A stretch of 64,000 nucleotides of DNA from an uncultured Methanosarcinales archaeon. Lineage in GTDB: Archaea; Nanobdellota; Nanobdellia; Woesearchaeales; SKGA01. Below are positions 47,125 to 57,375 of this stretch, one piece after another. A program made the position numbers and the translations under genes. A model generated the notes under the pieces. That model did no database searches and was not told the origin of the DNA. It saw only the letters and a program-made list of their open reading frames with translations. The first letter of the stretch is position 1. Every line of letters begins with the position of its first letter. The stretch covers positions 1,593 through 65,592 of the forward strand of contig CAZSZY010000001.1 in NCBI GenBank assembly GCA_964611285.1, read 5' to 3'.

Positions 47125-49041
47125 TTATTCTTCTTTATTGTGAAAATGGTTGAAAAAGACTATTATGATTGCTAGAAGCGGTATAAAGAGTAATGGTAAG
47201 AGAATCTCCCAATCAAATGATTGTTCTGATTCTGCTAAAAGAATAGTGTTTCCTGTAAGAGAAGTGTTTTTGGCAACAGTATAAGTTAATTCTACTGGCT
47301 CATGAACATCTTCTAAGTGCCACATAATAACCGGATCATCTTCTAAGATGATTGGTGCTCGACTAAATGCCAATTCTGAAACGTGCTGCGCAACTTCTTT
47401 TGAAATAACCTCTACAACATCAATTGTTGTTTCATTTTCTTTTGGTTGTACTCTTATTTTTATTTCTGTTGCAATAAATTTTTCGTCGTCTTTGGTGGTC
47501 ACTTCTTTAACAGTAATTTCTTTTTGTATAGTAAAAGTTTCTTTTGCTTTTTCTTGTCGACGAATTACTTCCCCACTATCTTGTTTATCTCTTTTTTGAA
47601 CGATGAGATTAACTTGTTCTTGTTGTTTTTGATACTCTCGTAGTTGGCTAGGTATTTGAGGTTGTTCTAAAGAAACATTTATTTTAGAAAATATTTTTTC
47701 TTCTTTAAATCCAGCCAATTTTTCTTCAAGAACAGTATTTCTCGCCTGAAAAGAATATTCTCGTTCTTTTTTAGTCATTAGTTCTTTAGGGTCTTCAAGA
47801 ATTTCTTTTGTATCAATGGGTTTTGTTTCTTCAACAAGATTAATAACTTCAGATTCGTTCTTTTGTTGTTCTTCTATAACTTCTTCTTCGTTCTGAGTTG
47901 TTTTTACTTCAAATGTTTGAAGCAATTGTTTTGTACTTGTATTATCTGTTAAAGAGAAGGATTCAACATAGAGTTCATATGCTGTTGTGGTAAGAATAGG
48001 TATTTCCCACAATAAGTAAGAGTTCAAAGGTGATGTTTCGGAGCGAATATACGGGTCAAAAAAGATTCCTGAGTCAGAAACAATAAAAAAATGTTCGTGA
48101 TTATCAGTGGATACGGGAAGTGTACTTCGGTAATAATTTGCTTGCACGTTAAACGTTGAATTTTTCAAAACAACTGTTGGAACATTAAATTCGAGCGAGT
48201 GTGTTGTTGGTTCTGTTAAAGTGATATTTTCAGTTACATTAACTGTTTCGTTTGTAGTAGTATTTATTGTTGTATTTACACAAATATTTTGTTGACATTC
48301 TAAATCATATGAACAAATAAACAAATCTTGGTCGCAAGGGTCATTTTCAAATACATATGTTGTTGTTTCTTCAATCTCGCAAACAAGACGATCATACGCA
48401 TCATATCCTGCAGAAATATAACCTTCTTGACAGACACAAGTTCTTAAAATTATGTCTGGCTGGGTTCCTTCCCCACAATGCCACACACAAGTAGCCGGAT
48501 GTGTTTGCATAAATAAAAAAGGTTGGTTACAATAATCGCAAAACCCTTCAAAACAAAAAAGGTCATTTTGACAATCTGCGGTTTCACTGCATTCATCGCC
48601 TTCTGCTGCCAAAACTGGAGCGGTCATTTTAATAGTGAATGAAGTAAGAAAAATTGTGGGTTCTGTTGAATTTTTATAATGAATTTCATATACTGTTTCA
48701 TTAGTTGGATAATCTAGCCACATGCTTGTAACCACGGTCCAAGTTGAATCAGAAGAACTACTTGTTAAAGTGTTATCTCCTATCTTTAAGACTAAAAACC
48801 CTGAAGGTGTAGATACTGTGCTTGTATTTTCTGGGAAAAAATTCGCATGTATTTCCGCAAGAGTTCCTGGAATAATTGCGGAAGGATGAGAATAATAAAG
48901 TGTACCTCCTTGAACAGCTAATTGTTCTTCAACAAAAAAAGGCATAGGGTCTCCAGCATAACTATAATCAGATATAACTAATGCTGAAATTATTAGTAAA
49001 AATACAAAAAGAAATGTGTGAAGCTGTATGTGTAGTTTCAT
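47125..49041 (-). CDS. Large secreted surface protein with Cys-rich EGF-like modules and a C-terminal conserved motif + TM anchor
   Basis: 638 aa with a Sec signal. The C-terminus is DDPVIMWHLEDVHEPVELTYTVAKNTSLTGNTILLAE...LLPLLFIPLLAIIIVFF + NHFHNKEE. Confidence 0.45.
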   Translation of the reverse strand: MKLHIQLHTFLFVFLLIISALVISDYSYAGDPMPFFVEEQLAVQGGTLYYSHPSAIIPGTLAEIHANFFPENTSTVSTPSGFLVLKIGDNTLTSSSSDSTWTVVTSMWLDYPTNETVYEIHYKNSTEPTIFLTSFTIKMTAPVLAAEGDECSETADCQNDLFCFEGFCDYCNQPFLFMQTHPATCVWHCGEGTQPDIILRTCVCQEGYISAGYDAYDRLVCEIEETTTYVFENDPCDQDLFICSYDLECQQNICVNTTINTTTNETVNVTENITLTEPTTHSLEFNVPTVVLKNSTFNVQANYYRSTLPVSTDNHEHFFIVSDSGIFFDPYIRSETSPLNSYLLWEIPILTTTAYELYVESFSLTDNTSTKQLLQTFEVKTTQNEEEVIEEQQKNESEVINLVEETKPIDTKEILEDPKELMTKKEREYSFQARNTVLEEKLAGFKEEKIFSKINVSLEQPQIPSQLREYQKQQEQVNLIVQKRDKQDSGEVIRRQEKAKETFTIQKEITVKEVTTKDDEKFIATEIKIRVQPKENETTIDVVEVISKEVAQHVSELAFSRAPIILEDDPVIMWHLEDVHEPVELTYTVAKNTSLTGNTILLAESEQSFDWEILLPLLFIPLLAIIIVFFNHFHNKEE

Positions 49042-50063
49042 TTTTTCTTTGGAGAGAATTTTTCAAAATAAAGTATGAAAAGAGCAACAAGCGGTATGAT
49101 TAATAATGGTGCAACTAATCGCCAGTTGATATCTGGATGCTTAGGATTGTCTGTTGTTTGTGCTAATAAAACAGTATTTCCTGTTACTTCTGTTGTTTTA
49201 TCGATGGTATAGATTAATTCTATGGGTTGTGTAACATCTTCTAAATGCCACATAATAACGGGATCATCTTGTAAAGTAGTGAATGGTGTGTCTGTTTGCA
49301 AATATGTTGCTCTGCTTGCAAAGTTTTTTGGAATGTGCTCAATAACATCTAATGAAGTTATTAGTTCTTCTGGTACAATGCGCAAAATAATAATTGTTTC
49401 ATCTCTTGTAGTGCCATCTTCATATGTTGTTTGTTGGTACGTTCTTAATTTAGTGAAGGTGGTTAACTTTTCTGCTGTTGACTGGAAATTTTTAATTTCT
49501 TGTAAAGTAAGCGCAGGCATATCGTTTTCAATTAGTAAGTTTCTTGTGTCATCTAAAATATCATCAGATAACTTTTCCAAAGATAAAATCTCTGGTTCTT
49601 GTTCTGTTTGTGATGCTATTGGTTTTGGAGTCACAACCACAGAAAATTTTTTTTCCATTGCAACAGTGTTATTTGAAACATATGCTAAACGATAATTGGC
49701 ATTTGACCGAAGCGAGTCTGCCCAAGAAAGGTAAAAATAGGCATTTTCTTCACCTACATCAGGGCCTGTTGACTCCGGTAGTAATGGCACGCCATCTCGA
49801 TATAAGGTGAAGACGCCAGAACCATATTCTGGATAAAAAAGAATTTCTACAAGAAATAAGTCATCTTCTAAAATAGTGGTTGGATAATCAAAGTAGAGTT
49901 TTCCTTGCAGAATTAGTATTTCCTCTCCAGTCGTAATTAATTTTTGGAAGTCGTCTTCTGCTGCATAAACAGAAGTAACTAAGAGAAGGAAAAATAGAGC
50001 TACAAATAGATGCTTCATCATATGATTACTCAGGAAAGTTTGTTTATATAGTTTTCGTAGCAA
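49038..50063 (-). CDS. Secreted surface protein, paralog of the downstream gene (same C-terminal domain and anchor)
   Basis: 341 aa. The C-terminus is DDPVIMWHLEDVTQPIELIYTIDKTTEVTGNTVLLAQ...LVAPLLIIPLVALFILYF + EKFSPKKK. The start overlaps the stop of the 47125..49041 gene. Confidence 0.45.
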   Translation of the reverse strand: MLRKLYKQTFLSNHMMKHLFVALFFLLLVTSVYAAEDDFQKLITTGEEILILQGKLYFDYPTTILEDDLFLVEILFYPEYGSGVFTLYRDGVPLLPESTGPDVGEENAYFYLSWADSLRSNANYRLAYVSNNTVAMEKKFSVVVTPKPIASQTEQEPEILSLEKLSDDILDDTRNLLIENDMPALTLQEIKNFQSTAEKLTTFTKLRTYQQTTYEDGTTRDETIIILRIVPEELITSLDVIEHIPKNFASRATYLQTDTPFTTLQDDPVIMWHLEDVTQPIELIYTIDKTTEVTGNTVLLAQTTDNPKHPDINWRLVAPLLIIPLVALFILYFEKFSPKKK

Positions 50064-50097
50064 AACGTTTTTATACCATCATAACGGCAAAATAGGT

Positions 50098-51621
50098 ATG
50101 GCTGTTGGTTTGCATAGAAAATTCTTTCAAAAAATTCCCTTTGAAATAGAAGAAATCATCCTTTTTGCAATTATTCTGTTAAATGTGTTTGATGCAATTG
50201 AAGTGCTTCCTTCTGGACTGGATTACGTTAAAAAAATTATTTCTTGGTCTGCATTGGGACTACTTCTTTACAAAGCCAAAATAATAAAATTGTTTACAGG
50301 AGTAGATAGACCTTGGTTAGATGGTATTCTTATTGGTGGATACTTCTTACTTATCATAAAAAATTTGGTTGCGTATGCTACAGGTAGTGTTCAAACAAAT
50401 TCTGCATTCTTACAACCACTCTATATTTTTTTGTTTAATAATTCGGGAATAATAGAACGTACTGGAATGATTATAGGTTTGTGTTTGTTGATTTTTGTTG
50501 CTGTTCATTTGACGTTGCGAGCCAAGATAAAAGCACCTTGCGTATTAGCTATTTTAAAAGAAGCGGATACAGAAATTGATTCCACAAAAAAAGCAGTAAG
50601 AAGATTTGGAAAAGCAATATTTGTTATTTTTATGTTCTTTGTTGTCATCTTTAATTTGGTTATGGAATGGCTTGCAATTGCTATTGATGCTCCTTTGTTA
50701 ATGATTGGTCTTGCAACATATTTGTTTTTTATTATAAAACATAAAAAAAGATTTTTACCAGAATCATTTCTTGCTAAATTTGGAGATTTTGGAGGAAAAT
50801 TTTACGAAGATGTTATTGAACATTTCAAGTATAAACATACTATTCTTCGTGCATTAAGTGGATTATTAGTATTACATTTGCTCACTGATGCATTAAATTT
50901 TATGTGGCCATTTATTTTCAGTGTTGCTGATCCTTTGTATTATAGTTTGTTTTCCTCAGCTCACCCGTTTCTTATCGGGCTATTGCAAACTAATTTCCTG
51001 CAAGTCGGTTTACTACAAGGGCTGGTTGCTCTAAGTATTTACATAGCTAATATTATTGGTTTGCTGGCTTTATTATTGCTTCCTGGCTTGTTATGGATTT
51101 TATTATACAAAAATAAACCATTAATATTAAAAAGAAGAATTATTGCTTTGCTACTGGGCACATTTACTATTATGATAATTAATCCCGTTTTTCTCATACG
51201 ACCTTTATTTGGTGAAGTGTTATTTGGTGTAGATATTATTGGAAGGTCTGTTCTGCAAACAGGTTTACTTATCCCTCTTGTGGTTCTTATTGTTGGTCTT
51301 CTTGTTGGATTGTTTGTATATGTTGTTTCAAAGGAAGTATATTATGAAAAAAAGTTTGTGAAGTTAATTGTTGTAATTGTGCAATTCTTTTTTGCAGCAT
51401 ATAGTGTGATGTTCTTTTTTTCTATAACAACGTATTATACGAGCATTATTCCTTTTGCATTTGCAAGCAATAGATGGCTCTTAGGGTTTATGCTGGTCAT
51501 TCTTTTCGCTTGTACAGTGATTTTTTATGTGCTCTCACTGATAAGTTTTCTATTTGATACGCATCTTCATGCTCAAAAGCATCTTCGATACAAACCTTTA
51601 AGAAGCAAAAAGCATTCGTAA
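50098..51621 (+). CDS. Large polytopic integral membrane protein of unknown function
   Basis: 507 aa with at least 12 hydrophobic helices. It is divergent from the surface-protein pair. Confidence 0.4.
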   Translation: MAVGLHRKFFQKIPFEIEEIILFAIILLNVFDAIEVLPSGLDYVKKIISWSALGLLLYKAKIIKLFTGVDRPWLDGILIGGYFLLIIKNLVAYATGSVQTNSAFLQPLYIFLFNNSGIIERTGMIIGLCLLIFVAVHLTLRAKIKAPCVLAILKEADTEIDSTKKAVRRFGKAIFVIFMFFVVIFNLVMEWLAIAIDAPLLMIGLATYLFFIIKHKKRFLPESFLAKFGDFGGKFYEDVIEHFKYKHTILRALSGLLVLHLLTDALNFMWPFIFSVADPLYYSLFSSAHPFLIGLLQTNFLQVGLLQGLVALSIYIANIIGLLALLLLPGLLWILLYKNKPLILKRRIIALLLGTFTIMIINPVFLIRPLFGEVLFGVDIIGRSVLQTGLLIPLVVLIVGLLVGLFVYVVSKEVYYEKKFVKLIVVIVQFFFAAYSVMFFFSITTYYTSIIPFAFASNRWLLGFMLVILFACTVIFYVLSLISFLFDTHLHAQKHLRYKPLRSKKHS

Positions 51622-51626
51622 GCTTT

Positions 51627-52283
51627 ATGGCAAAGGAAAAGACGATGGAGAAGAAAAGCGATAATCAAGATGTTACATCGTCTGCTACAATTGAGATTGT
51701 AGAAATGTGGGAAGCGAAGAAATTTGCAAAAACCATTGGCCAAGAAACTGCTCAAAATATTCTTGCATTCATTGCTGAAAAGAAGGGCTCTACTGCAACT
51801 GAAATTGCAAAAGGATTACAAACTCCTTTATCCACTGTTCATTATAATCTTAAATCATTAGTTAAAGCTAAAATTATTGATGATAATTCATTTCATTATA
51901 GCAGCAAAGGTAAAGAGGTCGCACACTACGAACTCACAGGAAAAGTTATTGTAATTGTTCCCAAGAAAAGTCCTGGGTTATTAACTCAATTAACAACCGT
52001 TCTTCCTGGCTTATTTATTGCGGGTATAATTGGAGCTATTGGTTTGGGTGCCGCTCTTCTAAAAAGTGGTTCTGCTAGTAAGATAAGCAATCTAGCGGTT
52101 AGTGGCGCGCGAGAAATGAGTACAGACATGGTCACACTTACTAAACAAGCACCCGCCACTCAAACAGTTGTTGAGACAAGTAGTCAAAATACACATATTT
52201 TTGCAGGAATTCTTATTGGTATTGGCACAGTTATTTTAGGTATGATAATTTTCTGGTTCATTAGAAAAACTATTCGTAAGTGA
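51627..52283 (+). CDS. Membrane-anchored winged-helix (ArsR/PadR-like) transcription regulator
   Basis: 218 aa. The HTH segment is NILAFIAEKKGSTATEIAKGLQTPLSTVHYNLKSLVKAKII. There are two C-terminal TM helices. Confidence 0.5.
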   Translation: MAKEKTMEKKSDNQDVTSSATIEIVEMWEAKKFAKTIGQETAQNILAFIAEKKGSTATEIAKGLQTPLSTVHYNLKSLVKAKIIDDNSFHYSSKGKEVAHYELTGKVIVIVPKKSPGLLTQLTTVLPGLFIAGIIGAIGLGAALLKSGSASKISNLAVSGAREMSTDMVTLTKQAPATQTVVETSSQNTHIFAGILIGIGTVILGMIIFWFIRKTIRK

Positions 52284-52324
52284 GAACATCATATTTATAA
52301 ATCGTTATTACCCAGCTACCTAGC

Positions 52325-53299
52325 ATGGGTGAACCTATATTTAGAGTGCAGAATGTAAGTAAGTCCTTCGGGACGCACGTCGTACTTGATAATATTAACT
52401 TAGATATTAATTCTGGAGAAATTATTGGTATTATCGGCGCTAGTGGTGCGGGTAAGACAACATTTTTAAACGCACTTATTGGTTTCATTCAGCCCGATAA
52501 GGGAGATATTCTCTTCCGACTGGATCATTTATTATCTTATAGAAATTCATACATTTATCGTTCTGTTTTTAAAAAACAACAATTGGTGAAGAAAGTATAT
52601 GGGTTTGCGTCGCAACAACCATCATTCTATGACGAATTAACAACAAAAGAGAACATGGTTTATTTTGGTTTACTACATAACCTGAACATGGATGCAGTTC
52701 GTTCAAACAGCGAAACATTACTTAATCTTATGGATTTAAAGAAGTCATCTGATATTCTTGCTAAAAATCTCTCAGGTGGTATGGAGCGACGTTTAGATAT
52801 TGCGTGCGCCTTAATGCACGACCCTGATGTTCTTATTCTTGACGAGCCAACAGCAGATCTTGATCCTCTGCTTCGAAATCATATTTGGGAACTCGTTAGA
52901 AAAATCAATCAAAAAGGAACAACCATTATTCTTTCCAGTCACCACTTAACTGAGCTTGAAGTATTGTGCGACAGGGTTGTAATCATTAAAGAAGGAAAGG
53001 TATTGGCTATTGGAAAACCAGAAGAACTCAAAAAGAAGTTTATTATTGAGCAAGAAATTACTATTCAAACAATACCTGGAAACTACAAAAGTTTAGTAAA
53101 AGCAATTCCTAAAAAGAACATTACGCGGATGCGTGTTGCAAATCACTCACTGCATATATACACTGCAAATCCTGAAAGCGTACTCGCTCAAGTATTATCT
53201 GCCTTAAAGACTAGACGAGAAAAATTATCATTCATTAAAGTTACTAGCGCATCACTTGATGATGTATTCATATCTATTTGGGAGAAAGATAAAAAATGA
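52325..53299 (+). CDS. ABC transporter ATP-binding protein
   Basis: 324 aa with Walker A GASGAGKTT, signature LSGGMERRL, Walker B VLILDEPTADLD and H-loop SSHHL. Confidence 0.85.
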   Translation: MGEPIFRVQNVSKSFGTHVVLDNINLDINSGEIIGIIGASGAGKTTFLNALIGFIQPDKGDILFRLDHLLSYRNSYIYRSVFKKQQLVKKVYGFASQQPSFYDELTTKENMVYFGLLHNLNMDAVRSNSETLLNLMDLKKSSDILAKNLSGGMERRLDIACALMHDPDVLILDEPTADLDPLLRNHIWELVRKINQKGTTIILSSHHLTELEVLCDRVVIIKEGKVLAIGKPEELKKKFIIEQEITIQTIPGNYKSLVKAIPKKNITRMRVANHSLHIYTANPESVLAQVLSALKTRREKLSFIKVTSASLDDVFISIWEKDKK

Positions 53300-55245
53300 A
53301 GTTCATAAAATCTGTAATGAAGAATTTCAAAGTATTGTTTCGTATGAAAACAGCTCTTCTTGCAGTAGTATTTGGACCTCTTCTTATCATCTTACTCATT
53401 GGATTTGCATTTAGTTCTAGCGGTAGTGTGCAATTAACCGTAGGATATCATGCTCCTGATGATAGCACACTCACTAATGAATTTATTACTAGTCTTGAAA
53501 GTAGCAATTATTTACTAAAGGAATTTGTTAATGTGGATGATTGTATTAATGAATTAGAGTTGGGTTTATTACATACATGTATTGCGTTCCCCGAAGATTT
53601 TATTATTGAAAAAGACAAACAAAACAACATTATTTTTTATGTTGATAAGTCGCGTATTAATTTAGTCTATACGGTAATTGATGGTGTTTCTGCGCAAATA
53701 GGAATAAAATCCGAAGAACTTAGTAGAAGTTTAACTGAAACATTAACAGAAACATTAACATCTACCGCGTCTCGTGTCGATACAAGTATTGGTTCACTTA
53801 TCAAAGCAAAAAAAGATATGACGGACACTATTGCTGATGCTGATGCTATAGGAACTGATTTAGGAAATGTTGATTTAGAAGCAGTAAGCGTGAGTATAGA
53901 CATAAGTATTGAACGAGATTTTATTGACGACGCTCTTGATGATATTTATGACGAAGTAGACACATTTAATGACGCACATAACGACTCAGCTAGTGCCTTA
54001 CTTTTAGATATTGGAAATTTGACTTCTGTGGCAGATGATAATCTTAGCGCATTACAAACTAAAATTGCGGTTTCATTAGGGAAACTTGATGACGTAGAAG
54101 AAAAAATGACTGCTGCAAAAGAGCTTACTGCTAGCAGTAAGACAAGAATTGAAACTATTCGTACTAAACTCGGCGATATTAATACGGAGATTGATGAAGT
54201 CAAAAAAACACTTGAAGATATTTCTCGAGATATTAATACTATTGAAATTACATCCTCCGATCAAATTATTAATCCTATTTCAACAACTATTGAAACTGTT
54301 TCAGCAGATAATAATCAACTACTAGTATTATTCCCATACGTGCTACTCCTTATTGTTTTATTTGTTGGTTTAATGCTTTCCAGTACATTAGTTGTTATAG
54401 AAAAAAGAAGCAGGGCGTCATTTAGAGTATTTACAACATCTACGCGAGATGAATTTTTCCTCATTTCAACATTTGTTACTGCGTTTATTATTATTGCATT
54501 TCAAGTAACACTCATATTGGGATTGGTAAGTTATTTTGTTGCAAATATTATTACTACTAATTTACTTATCAATATTATTCTTCTTATTTTATCTTCATCG
54601 TTATTTATTATGCTGGGTATGGCTATTGGTTATCTCATGTCATCACAACAAGGTGCGAATATGACTAGCATTTCTGTTGGGGCAATACTTTTATTCATTT
54701 CAAATCTTATCATTCCTTTAGAGAGTATCTCGCCATACTTACAAAAGGTTGCTCGGTTTAATCCTTATGTTCTGGCATCAGAGAGTTTACGACGTTCAAT
54801 TTTGTTTAACATCACCTTTAAGGATGTCATGGTTGACTTGTCAATTCTTTTAGCATACAGCGTAGTTATTTTCATACTTATTGTGGTCTTCCAAAAACTA
54901 TCTAAGATTCGTTACTTTCAACACAATCCACATATAAAGGCAAGAAAAATCAAAGAAGAAGAAAATGGTGTTTGGATTAAAAACAAACTTATTAAGACTG
55001 AAAAAGAGTTTATCGAGCAAGTTCGTTCTTTAGATGAAGAAGAATATACTAAGCTCGTTCGTAAGCAGAGCATGAAAGTAAAAAAGTTCATAAAAAGAGA
55101 CTTAGGAAAACCACTTATTGCAGGAAAAGTGTATAAACTTCAGAAAAAAGAATTGCTTGAGGAGTTTGCAAAAGTTAATCAAGAGATGATTAAGAAAATT
55201 CAGAAAAAACATCACGATAAACATCATAAAAAACACGCTAAATAA
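53296..55245 (+). CDS. ABC-2-type permease with a large extracytoplasmic coiled-coil domain (YhgE/Pip-like)
   Basis: 649 aa. It has an N-terminal TM, a ~300-aa helical ectodomain, a 5-6 TM ABC-2 core, and a Lys/His-rich tail. The start overlaps the ATPase stop. Confidence 0.55.
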   Translation: MKFIKSVMKNFKVLFRMKTALLAVVFGPLLIILLIGFAFSSSGSVQLTVGYHAPDDSTLTNEFITSLESSNYLLKEFVNVDDCINELELGLLHTCIAFPEDFIIEKDKQNNIIFYVDKSRINLVYTVIDGVSAQIGIKSEELSRSLTETLTETLTSTASRVDTSIGSLIKAKKDMTDTIADADAIGTDLGNVDLEAVSVSIDISIERDFIDDALDDIYDEVDTFNDAHNDSASALLLDIGNLTSVADDNLSALQTKIAVSLGKLDDVEEKMTAAKELTASSKTRIETIRTKLGDINTEIDEVKKTLEDISRDINTIEITSSDQIINPISTTIETVSADNNQLLVLFPYVLLLIVLFVGLMLSSTLVVIEKRSRASFRVFTTSTRDEFFLISTFVTAFIIIAFQVTLILGLVSYFVANIITTNLLINIILLILSSSLFIMLGMAIGYLMSSQQGANMTSISVGAILLFISNLIIPLESISPYLQKVARFNPYVLASESLRRSILFNITFKDVMVDLSILLAYSVVIFILIVVFQKLSKIRYFQHNPHIKARKIKEEENGVWIKNKLIKTEKEFIEQVRSLDEEEYTKLVRKQSMKVKKFIKRDLGKPLIAGKVYKLQKKELLEEFAKVNQEMIKKIQKKHHDKHHKKHAK

Positions 55246-55687
55246 AAGCAAGTAAAAGTACAAGAAATAAAGCCAGTAAAACTAATTGCAGTATCTTCTC
55301 AAAAAATCCGCCAACTTTCAGAGATCCCTTTATTCTTTTTTGTAATGGCCAAAAAGATAATCCTTCTTTAGTTATGCTGTCCAATAATAAGTGTGAAAAC
55401 ATTCCTAAAAAAAATGAAGCTCCTGCTAAGAAGAAGAATAATTCTGCGAAAATGATACTTAAAAGTACTAATAATAAAAATGAATGAAAAAATCCTCTAT
55501 GAGTGAATAAGTAACCAACAAGTTTTACTTTTCTTCCTAAAGTAGATGTAGCAATATCAACATCCGGGAACAATGAGCCCACTATTGCAAAAGCTATGAT
55601 TGCTATCTTTGTTACTGTTGCAGGCACTAAAGAGGCCAGAAATAGCCCTATGAGTAAACCTGCGAGGAGATGGGTTTTTCCTTGCAT
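55238..55687 (-). CDS. Membrane-bound metal-dependent hydrolase-like protein (DUF457/YdjM-like)
   Basis: 149 aa. The N-terminus MQGKTHLLAGLLIGL, PDVDIA and HRGFFHSF match the YdjM-like His/Asp pattern. Confidence 0.4.
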   Translation of the reverse strand: MQGKTHLLAGLLIGLFLASLVPATVTKIAIIAFAIVGSLFPDVDIATSTLGRKVKLVGYLFTHRGFFHSFLLLVLLSIIFAELFFFLAGASFFLGMFSHLLLDSITKEGLSFWPLQKRIKGSLKVGGFFEKILQLVLLALFLVLLLAFI

Positions 55688-55695
55688 GAGAAGTA

Positions 55696-56781
55696 TTAGT
55701 CTAAAGCTTTGTCAATATCATCAATACTGAGCAATTCTTCATCACTATCTCCAACTAGTTCTTCTGTTACGCTTTCTGGCGTTGGAATTTCTTCCGCTAC
55801 TGATTCTGCTTCAGGAGCTTTAGAAATAGGTGTTGCGGTTTGTTGTTCGTTAACTTTGGGTGATGTCGTTTCTGCTCCTTGTGGCTTCGGATTTGAGTTT
55901 ACGTTGTAAAGAACTAATTCTTTAGTATTGTATTGTTCGTTAACTTTTACTCGTGCTCGAGCTGAAATTATTCTTCCTAAAAGATCTGTTTTTATTTGTT
56001 CCCATGCATCTGTATCATCTTTTAGCTTAAGAATTTCTTCGTCTGTTTTTGAAAGCAAATTTTGTAGTTGTTCTTTCCAAAGTGTTGCTCGCATATTTCC
56101 TGTGTTATCGTCAAGTAATATATTCATAACGTAGTTTGTTGTTGTTTGACCATCGGTTGTTCGTTCAAAGTATCGAGGGTCAAATGCTTGCACTATTGTT
56201 GCTTCTATTTGAATAAATGTATCACTATCAACAATATCATTAATTTTTCTTGCGGGTGTTTCTGCTTCTGCTGCTCGTTCTTTTACTTCTACAGTTTTTC
56301 CTTCTGGATTAATAATAATGTGTGAGGAGTTACCCATGTGTAGTTCTACTCGATTATTGTTTTCTTTTGAGTAGGCGCTTTGCACTTCAAGGACATCTCC
56401 TTCATTTATTTTTGTATGATAATCTGTTTTATCGTTCCAAAATGTTAGTCTCATAAAACCTGTTTCATCGCCAACAAATAAGCTTCCTACTTTTCCTTTA
56501 CCATCTGCGCCAAAGGTTCGTAGTTCATATTTTCGAAGAACTTTAACAAGTACTGTAACATTTCTCATGCCTGCAAGCACGTCTTTTAGTTTGACTGTTT
56601 GAGCTGGAGTACTACCAAGAGAGACTCCTAAATCATTTGCAATAATATGTACTGCACCTTCTTCACTGATAAGACCGCCTAGAGATTTTAGTTTCTCATC
56701 TACTCTCTTTTGGAGCTCTTCTTTGGTAATCTTGCCTGATGCTAGAATTTGAGTTGTAATTTGTTTTAATCGTTCGTCCAT
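55696..56781 (-). CDS. rpa: Replication protein A-like ssDNA-binding protein (OB folds)
   Basis: 361 aa. The N-terminal helix LGGLISEEGAVHIIANDLGV is typical of euryarchaeal RPA, followed by two OB-fold-like segments. It has an acidic C-terminus. Confidence 0.55.
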   Translation of the reverse strand: MDERLKQITTQILASGKITKEELQKRVDEKLKSLGGLISEEGAVHIIANDLGVSLGSTPAQTVKLKDVLAGMRNVTVLVKVLRKYELRTFGADGKGKVGSLFVGDETGFMRLTFWNDKTDYHTKINEGDVLEVQSAYSKENNNRVELHMGNSSHIIINPEGKTVEVKERAAEAETPARKINDIVDSDTFIQIEATIVQAFDPRYFERTTDGQTTTNYVMNILLDDNTGNMRATLWKEQLQNLLSKTDEEILKLKDDTDAWEQIKTDLLGRIISARARVKVNEQYNTKELVLYNVNSNPKPQGAETTSPKVNEQQTATPISKAPEAESVAEEIPTPESVTEELVGDSDEELLSIDDIDKALD

Positions 56782-56829
56782 GGGATATCCCTCACTAACC
56801 TGCTACAAAGAACGAGTTGTTTTTAAGTC

Positions 56830-57375
56830 TTATGGCTTTTGGTCCAGTGCTTTAAGAAGTTGCTTTATAAAGACCATATCATATCCTTGCGTGATAAGCA
56901 TTTGCGACATTTGGTCCGGCGTCCATCCTGCTTGAACATATTGTCTCATGGTTGGCAGAATTTTATTAACTGCCTCAATTGTTATATGCTTATGATGGTG
57001 TTTTCTCCACATAATTAATCCAATTAAAGAGATTAAGAGAAGTACTCCAATTATTCCAACAATTAAAACCAAGTTGTTAGTATACATATCTGTTGAGAAA
57101 TTATTAAGATTGTTTTCTATTTCGTCTTCAGGAGGAGTGTAAGCTTCTGGAATATAAATTCTGTCTGGAGTGGATGTTTGCACTTCCGCTAGTTCGGAAA
57201 CATTACTATAATATGCTGGCGCGACATTGCTTTCACAAAATGCATAATAATCATCACCAAGTTCTGCTATTGCTCTCTCGGGGGTATCACATATAGAAAA
57301 GTCAAAAGCAATAACTACAAAAGAGAAAAGAAAAAAGAATAATACTATCAAAAGTATTTTTCTTAAATATTGCAT
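56830..57375 (-). CDS. Small membrane protein (two TM helices)
   Basis: 181 aa. Its start overlaps the stop of the giant upstream gene. Confidence 0.3.
   Translation of the reverse strand: MQYLRKILLIVLFFFLFSFVVIAFDFSICDTPERAIAELGDDYYAFCESNVAPAYYSNVSELAEVQTSTPDRIYIPEAYTPPEDEIENNLNNFSTDMYTNNLVLIVGIIGVLLLISLIGLIMWRKHHHKHITIEAVNKILPTMRQYVQAGWTPDQMSQMLITQGYDMVFIKQLLKALDQKP

Noticed and set aside
53731-53766. 12-bp tandem repeat (gaaacattaaca x3)
   Set aside because: It encodes TETLTETLTETL inside the ABC-2 permease ectodomain. It is a short in-frame coding repeat and not a regulatory or CRISPR element
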